A stretch of 64,000 nt of DNA from Flavobacterium sp. UBA6195 (lineage in GTDB: Bacteria; Bacteroidota; Bacteroidia; Flavobacteriales; Flavobacteriaceae). The notes under the pieces were generated by a model that was given only the letters and a program-made list of their open reading frames with translations, did no database searches and was not told the DNA's origin. The position numbers and the translations under genes were made by a program. Location of the stretch: NCBI RefSeq assembly GCF_002422095.1, contig NZ_DITB01000038.1, positions 877 to 64,876 on the forward strand, given 5' to 3'. How positions within the stretch are numbered: position 1 is the first letter of the stretch; each line of letters opens with the position of its first letter. Of the stretch, positions 58,925 to 64,000 are shown one piece after another.

Positions 58925-59542
58925 ATGTCTGGGTTAATCGGAAGAAAAATTGGCATGACTAGCATCTTTGATGAGAACGGGAAAAATATTCCTTGTACTG
59001 TAATCGAGTGTGGTCCATGCGTTGTTACCCAAGTCAGAACCAATGATGTAGATGGCTATGAAGCTATCCAATTAGGTTTCGATGACAAAACTGAAAAGCA
59101 TTCAATTAAAGCTGAGTTAGGTCACTTTAAGAAAGCTGGTACAGTTGCGAAAAAGAAAGTTGTTGAATTCAAAGGTTTTGAAACGGAGTACAAGTTAGGC
59201 GATGTAATCGCTGTTGACTTATTCGCTGAAGGTGAATTTGTTGATGTAATTGGAGTTTCTAAAGGAAAAGGATTCCAAGGGGTTGTTAAACGTCATGGTT
59301 TTGGCGGTGTTGGACAAGCAACACACGGTCAACATAACCGTTTAAGAGCGCCTGGTTCTGTAGGAGCTTCATCTTATCCATCTAGAGTATTCAAAGGAAT
59401 GCGTATGGCTGGAAGAATGGGAGGAGATAATGTAACAGTACAAAACCTTAGAGTTTTAAAAGTAGTTGCTGAAAAGAACTTGCTTTTAGTTAAAGGAGCG
59501 ATTCCTGGACACAAAAACTCTTATGTAATCGTTCAGAAGTAA
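58925..59542 (+). CDS. rplC: 50S ribosomal protein L3
   Basis: [29 protein letters not shown]. Confidence 0.98.
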   Translation: MSGLIGRKIGMTSIFDENGKNIPCTVIECGPCVVTQVRTNDVDGYEAIQLGFDDKTEKHSIKAELGHFKKAGTVAKKKVVEFKGFETEYKLGDVIAVDLFAEGEFVDVIGVSKGKGFQGVVKRHGFGGVGQATHGQHNRLRAPGSVGASSYPSRVFKGMRMAGRMGGDNVTVQNLRVLKVVAEKNLLLVKGAIPGHKNSYVIVQK

Positions 59543-60171
59543 TGGAAGTAAAAGTTTTAGATATCAACGGAAAAGAAACTGGAAGAAAAGTTCAACTTTC
59601 TGATTCAGTTTTCGCAATTGAGCCTAATAAACATGCTGTATATTTAGATGTAAAGCAATATTTGGCTAATCAAAGACAAGGTACTCACAAAGCTAAAGAA
59701 AGAGCTGAGGTTGCAGGAAGTACTCGTAAAATCAAAAAACAAAAAGGAACTGGTACTGCTCGTGCAGGATCTGCTAAGAGTCCAGTTTTCAAAGGTGGAG
59801 GTACTATTTTTGGGCCTAGACCAAGAAGTTATTCTTTCAAATTAAACAAAAACTTAAAAAGATTAGCTAGAAAATCAGCTTTATCTTTAAAGGTAAATGA
59901 GTCTAATTTGGTAGTGGTTGAAGATTTTACATTTGATACACCAAGCACTAAAAATTTCATTAACGTATTGAAAGCTTTAGGGTTAGAGAACAAAAAATCA
60001 TTATTTGTGTTGGGTGATACAAATAAAAATGTATATTTGTCGTCACGCAATTTAAAAGCGTCTAGCGTTGTAACTACTTCAGAATTAAGTACTTATGCAA
60101 TTTTAAATGCAAAAAGTTTAGTTCTTTTAGAGGGTGCAGTAGACGGAATTGAAGCTAATTTAAGTAAATAA
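59542..60171 (+). CDS. rplD: 50S ribosomal protein L4
   Basis: RQGTHKAK, QKGTGTARAG, FGPRPR. Confidence 0.98.
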   Translation: MEVKVLDINGKETGRKVQLSDSVFAIEPNKHAVYLDVKQYLANQRQGTHKAKERAEVAGSTRKIKKQKGTGTARAGSAKSPVFKGGGTIFGPRPRSYSFKLNKNLKRLARKSALSLKVNESNLVVVEDFTFDTPSTKNFINVLKALGLENKKSLFVLGDTNKNVYLSSRNLKASSVVTTSELSTYAILNAKSLVLLEGAVDGIEANLSK

Positions 60172-60178
60172 TAAGATT

Positions 60179-60469
60179 ATGAGTATCATAATTAAGCCTA
60201 TTATAACTGAAAAAATAACTAAAGATGGTGAAGTTTTTAACCGTTTTGGTTTTGTGGTTGCTAAAAATGCAAATAAAATTCAAATCAAAAATGCTATCGA
60301 AGCAGCTTATGGTGTGAATGTGGTTGCAGTTAATACAATGAACTACAGAGCTGATAGAAGTGTTAAATATACCAAAAGTGGTTTAATCAGTGGCAAAACA
60401 AATGCTTATAAAAAAGCAGTTGTTCAAGTACAAGAGGGAGAAACAATAGATTTTTATACTAATATCTAA
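60179..60469 (+). CDS. rplW: 50S ribosomal protein L23
   Basis: KPIITEK, ANKIQIK, YKKAVV; position in the S10 cluster. Confidence 0.97.
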   Translation: MSIIIKPIITEKITKDGEVFNRFGFVVAKNANKIQIKNAIEAAYGVNVVAVNTMNYRADRSVKYTKSGLISGKTNAYKKAVVQVQEGETIDFYTNI

Positions 60470-60475
60470 TAGAAA

Positions 60476-61300
60476 ATGTCAGTTAGAAAATTAAAACCTA
60501 TTACCCCGGGTCAGCGTTTTAGAGTTGTTAATAGCTTTGACACTATTACAACTGATAAGCCGGAGCGTTCATTAATCGCACCGAAAAAAAACTCAGGAGG
60601 TAGAAATAGTCAAGGAAAGATGACCATGCGTTACACAGGTGGTGGTCACAAACAAAAGTATCGTATCATTGATTTTAAAAGAGCTAAAGTTGGAATTCCA
60701 GCAACAGTTAAAACTATCGAGTACGATCCAAATCGTTCAGCTTTTATTTCATTATTGTATTATGCAGATGGAGCTAAAACTTACATCATTGCGCAAAATG
60801 GATTACAAGTTGGACAAACTGTAGTTTCAGGTGAAGAAGCATCTCCAGAAATTGGAAATGCAATGCCTTTAAGTAAAATTCCTCTAGGAACTGTTATTTC
60901 GTGTATCGAATTAAGACCAGGTCAAGGAGCTGTAATCGCTCGTTCAGCAGGAACTTTCGCTCAGTTAATGGCAAGAGATGGAAAATATGCAACAATTAAA
61001 ATGCCTTCTGGAGAAACAAGATTAATCTTGTTAACTTGTATGGCTACAATCGGAGCAGTTTCTAACTCAGACCACCAATTAATCGTATCAGGTAAAGCTG
61101 GTAGATCAAGATGGTTAGGTAGAAGACCAAGAACAAGACCAGTAGCTATGAACCCAGTTGATCACCCAATGGGAGGTGGTGAAGGACGTTCTTCAGGAGG
61201 TCACCCACGTTCAAGAAAAGGTTTACCTGCTAAAGGTTATAGAACTCGTTCTAAAGTTAACCCGAGTAATAAGTATATTGTAGAACGTAGAAAGAAATAA
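60476..61300 (+). CDS. rplB: 50S ribosomal protein L2
   Basis: [29 protein letters not shown]. Confidence 0.98.
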   Translation: MSVRKLKPITPGQRFRVVNSFDTITTDKPERSLIAPKKNSGGRNSQGKMTMRYTGGGHKQKYRIIDFKRAKVGIPATVKTIEYDPNRSAFISLLYYADGAKTYIIAQNGLQVGQTVVSGEEASPEIGNAMPLSKIPLGTVISCIELRPGQGAVIARSAGTFAQLMARDGKYATIKMPSGETRLILLTCMATIGAVSNSDHQLIVSGKAGRSRWLGRRPRTRPVAMNPVDHPMGGGEGRSSGGHPRSRKGLPAKGYRTRSKVNPSNKYIVERRKK

Positions 61301-61310
61301 TTAGATAGAC

Positions 61311-61589
61311 ATGGCACGTTCATTAAAAAAAGGACCATTCGTTCACTATAAATTAGAGAAGAAAGTTCAAGAAAATATCGCAGGTGGAAACAAAGGTGTT
61401 GTAAAGACTTGGTCTAGAGCATCTATGATTACTCCAGATTTTGTTGGGCAAACTATCGCAGTTCACAATGGTCGTCAATTTGTTCCAGTATATGTTACTG
61501 AGAACATGGTAGGACACAAATTAGGAGAGTTTTCACCAACAAGATCTTTTAGAGGTCATGCTGGGGCTAAAAATAAAGGTAAAAAATAA
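61311..61589 (+). CDS. rpsS: 30S ribosomal protein S19
   Basis: [26 protein letters not shown]. Confidence 0.98.
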   Translation: MARSLKKGPFVHYKLEKKVQENIAGGNKGVVKTWSRASMITPDFVGQTIAVHNGRQFVPVYVTENMVGHKLGEFSPTRSFRGHAGAKNKGKK

Positions 61590-61598
61590 TAGGAAGCT

Positions 61599-62009
61599 AT
61601 GGGAGTTCGTAAAAGAGAAAGAGCAGAGCAGACTAAAGAGGCTAAAGCACAAGTTGCTTTTGCTAAATTAAATAACTGCCCTACTTCACCTAGAAAAATG
61701 CGTTTAGTTGCAGATTTAGTTAGAGGTCAGAAAGTAGAAATGGCTCTTAATATATTAAGATTTAGTCAAAAAGAAGCTTCAAGAAAATTAGAGAAATTGT
61801 TGTTATCAGCAATTAATAACTATCAGCAAAAAAATGCTGATGCTAATTTAGAAGAAGCTGGCTTATTTGTAAAAACGATTACTGTAGATGGTGGAATGAT
61901 GTTAAAAAGACTTCGTCCAGCTCCACAAGGTCGCGCACACAGAATTAGAAAGCGTTCTAACCACGTAACAATCGTGTTAGGATCAAATAATAACACACAA
62001 AGCAATTAA
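61599..62009 (+). CDS. rplV: 50S ribosomal protein L22
   Basis: [31 protein letters not shown]. Confidence 0.97.
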   Translation: MGVRKRERAEQTKEAKAQVAFAKLNNCPTSPRKMRLVADLVRGQKVEMALNILRFSQKEASRKLEKLLLSAINNYQQKNADANLEEAGLFVKTITVDGGMMLKRLRPAPQGRAHRIRKRSNHVTIVLGSNNNTQSN

Positions 62010-62017
62010 TAAACAGT

Positions 62018-62749
62018 ATGGGACAAAAGACAAATCCAATCGGAAATAGACTTGGTATCATCAGAGGATGGGACTCAAACTGGTATGGAGGAAATGATTA
62101 CGGTGATAAAATCGCTGAAGATGCTAAAATCCGTAAATACATCCATGCACGTTTATCAAAAGCTAGTGTATCTAAAATAATTATCGAGAGAACTTTAAAA
62201 CTTGTAACCGTTACTATCACTACTGCTAGACCTGGTATTATTATCGGAAAAGGTGGTCAAGAGGTAGACAAGTTAAAAGAAGAACTTAAGAAAATTACTG
62301 ACAAAGAAGTTCAAATCAACATCTTTGAAATCAAAAGACCTGAGTTAGATGCTTACTTAGTAGCAACTTCTATCGCTCGTCAAATTGAAAGCAGAATCTC
62401 TTACAGAAGAGCTATTAAAATGGCTATCGCGGCTGCAATGAGAATGAATGCTGAAGGTATTAAAGTTATGATTTCTGGACGTTTAAACGGTGCTGAAATG
62501 GCTCGTTCTGAACACTTCAAAGAAGGTAGAATTCCTTTGTCAACTTTCAGAGCTGATATTGATTATTCATTAGCTGAAGCACATACTACTTATGGTAGAA
62601 TGGGTATCAAAGTATGGATAATGAAAGGTGAGGTTTATGGAAAAAGAGATCTTTCTCCGTTAGTTGGTATGGACAAAAAACAGTCTAAATCATCAGGATC
62701 TTCTGCTCCAAAAAGAGACGGTAAACCAAACGCACGCAAAAGAAAGTAA
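62018..62749 (+). CDS. rpsC: 30S ribosomal protein S3
   Basis: [33 protein letters not shown]. Confidence 0.98.
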   Translation: MGQKTNPIGNRLGIIRGWDSNWYGGNDYGDKIAEDAKIRKYIHARLSKASVSKIIIERTLKLVTVTITTARPGIIIGKGGQEVDKLKEELKKITDKEVQINIFEIKRPELDAYLVATSIARQIESRISYRRAIKMAIAAAMRMNAEGIKVMISGRLNGAEMARSEHFKEGRIPLSTFRADIDYSLAEAHTTYGRMGIKVWIMKGEVYGKRDLSPLVGMDKKQSKSSGSSAPKRDGKPNARKRK

Positions 62750-62768
62750 TTATTTAAACTAAAGAAAA

Positions 62769-63188
62769 ATGTTACAGCCTAAAAGAACAAAATACCGTAA
62801 GGTACAGAAAGGTAGAATGAAAGGCGTTTCTCAAAGAGGACACGAGCTTTCTAACGGAATGTTTGGTATCAAATCTTTAGATTCTGCATTTATTACTTCT
62901 CGTCAAATTGAAGCAGCTCGTATCGCAGCAACACGTTTCATGAAAAGAGAGGGTCAATTATGGATCAAAATATTTCCAGATAAGCCTATTACAAAGAAAC
63001 CATTAGAAGTACGTATGGGTAAAGGTAAAGGTGCAGTTGAATATTGGGCTGCAGTTGTTAAACCTGGTAAAATTATGTTTGAAGTTGGAGGTGTGCCTCT
63101 ATCAGTAGCAAAAGAGGCTTTACGTCTTGCTGCTCAAAAACTTCCTGTTAAAACTAAGTTTATCGTTGCTAGAGATTTCGAAGCATAA
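62769..63188 (+). CDS. rplP: 50S ribosomal protein L16
   Basis: [26 protein letters not shown]. Confidence 0.98.
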   Translation: MLQPKRTKYRKVQKGRMKGVSQRGHELSNGMFGIKSLDSAFITSRQIEAARIAATRFMKREGQLWIKIFPDKPITKKPLEVRMGKGKGAVEYWAAVVKPGKIMFEVGGVPLSVAKEALRLAAQKLPVKTKFIVARDFEA

Positions 63189-63200
63189 TCAAAATTTATT

Positions 63201-63392
63201 ATGAAACAATCAGAAATTAAAAATCTATCTGCAGCTGAGTTACAAGAACAACTTAGTCAGTTAAAGAAAACGTATACCGACCTAAAAAATGCTCATGCAA
63301 TATCTCCAATTCAAAATCCTCTTCAGTTAAGAACTTTAAGAAGATCAGTTGCGAGATTACACACAGAGTTAACTAAAAGAGAGTTACAATAA
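63201..63392 (+). CDS. rpmC: 50S ribosomal protein L29
   Basis: 63-aa helical protein with NPLQLRTLRRSVARLHT; between rplP and rpsQ. Confidence 0.95.
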   Translation: MKQSEIKNLSAAELQEQLSQLKKTYTDLKNAHAISPIQNPLQLRTLRRSVARLHTELTKRELQ

Positions 63393-63410
63393 TTGTACAC
63401 TAGCTGAAAG

Positions 63411-63668
63411 ATGGAAAAAAGAAATTTAAGAAAAGAGAGAATTGGTGTGGTGACTTCAAACAAAATGGAGAAATCTATTGTTGTGTCACAAACTACAAAA
63501 GTGAAACACCCATTATACGGTAAGTTCGTGTTGAAAACTAAGAAATATGTTGCACACGACGAAACAAACGATTGTAACATTGGAGATACTGTAAGAATTA
63601 TGGAAACACGTCCATTAAGTAAATCTAAATGTTGGAGATTAGTTGAAATCATTGAAAGAGCGAAGTAA
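63411..63668 (+). CDS. rpsQ: 30S ribosomal protein S17
   Basis: [29 protein letters not shown]. Confidence 0.97.
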   Translation: MEKRNLRKERIGVVTSNKMEKSIVVSQTTKVKHPLYGKFVLKTKKYVAHDETNDCNIGDTVRIMETRPLSKSKCWRLVEIIERAK

Positions 63669-63670
63669 TT

Positions 63671-64000
63671 ATGGTACAACAAGAGTCAAGATTAAAAGTA
63701 GCAGATAACACAGGAGCGAAAGAAGTTCTTACGATCCGTGTTTTAGGAGGAACGAAACGTCGTTATGCCTCTGTTGGTGACAAAATTGTAGTTTCAATTA
63801 AAGATGCAACTCCAAACGGAAACGTTAAAAAAGGAGCGGTGTCAACTGCAGTAGTTGTACGTACCAAAAAAGAAGTGAGAAGAGCTGATGGATCTTACAT
63901 CCGTTTTGACGATAACGCATGTGTATTGTTAAACGCTGCAGGAGAAATGAGAGGAACTCGTGTTTTTGGTCCGGTTGCCAGAGAACTTCGTGAAAAACAA
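63671..64000 (+). CDS. rplN: 50S ribosomal protein L14, 3'-truncated by the window edge
   Basis: Not in the ORF track. ATG at 63671 reads [27 protein letters not shown]...IRFDDNACV...[13 protein letters not shown]. Confidence 0.96.
   Translation, partial: MVQQESRLKVADNTGAKEVLTIRVLGGTKRRYASVGDKIVVSIKDATPNGNVKKGAVSTAVVVRTKKEVRRADGSYIRFDDNACVLLNAAGEMRGTRVFGPVARELREKQ

Noticed and set aside
3121-63682. Numerous short alternative-frame and antisense ORFs (e.g. 4698-4997, 20658-21059, 29539-29880, 45061-45402, 63323-63682)
   Set aside because: They overlap well-supported genes, lack recognisable motifs, and are best explained as shadow ORFs.

Overview
AT-rich Bacteroidota chromosome segment. Gene content, gene order and TTG-N19-TAnnTTTG promoters point to a Flavobacterium-like genome. 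Most of it is core: porU-porV-cdd-pdhA-pdhC, mlaEF, fabH, gcvP, dcp, purK/purE, hpt-adk-obgE, an S46 dipeptidyl-peptidase, alpha-2-macroglobulin, mpl, radC, rarA, rlmB, and the str/S10 ribosomal cluster running off the end in rplN. No rRNA, tRNA, CRISPR array, integrase or transposase was seen. The best candidate for an undescribed system is a tightly coupled 4-gene accessory operon (19091-23416, minus strand). It encodes an HKD/PLD-nuclease fused to an HPD J-domain, a 25-aa Trp-repeat protein split by an inserted domain, a 3-TM protein, and a GGCT-like enzyme fused to an 8-Cys zinc module; this is a plausible defence or conflict system. Other highlights: (1) a secreted Mn-type SOD fused to a His-bearing helical domain next to a zrgBCD-like ABC/DUF3299 module; (2) an orphan gene bracketed by 28-bp inverted repeats between purK and purE; (3) an alpha-2-macroglobulin with a SusC-type N-terminal module in its bait region; (4) a polarised G-ending codon skew in core-gene ends facing insertion sites; (5) several families of intergenic REP/MITE-like repeats. 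All family assignments come from motif recognition, not database searches.
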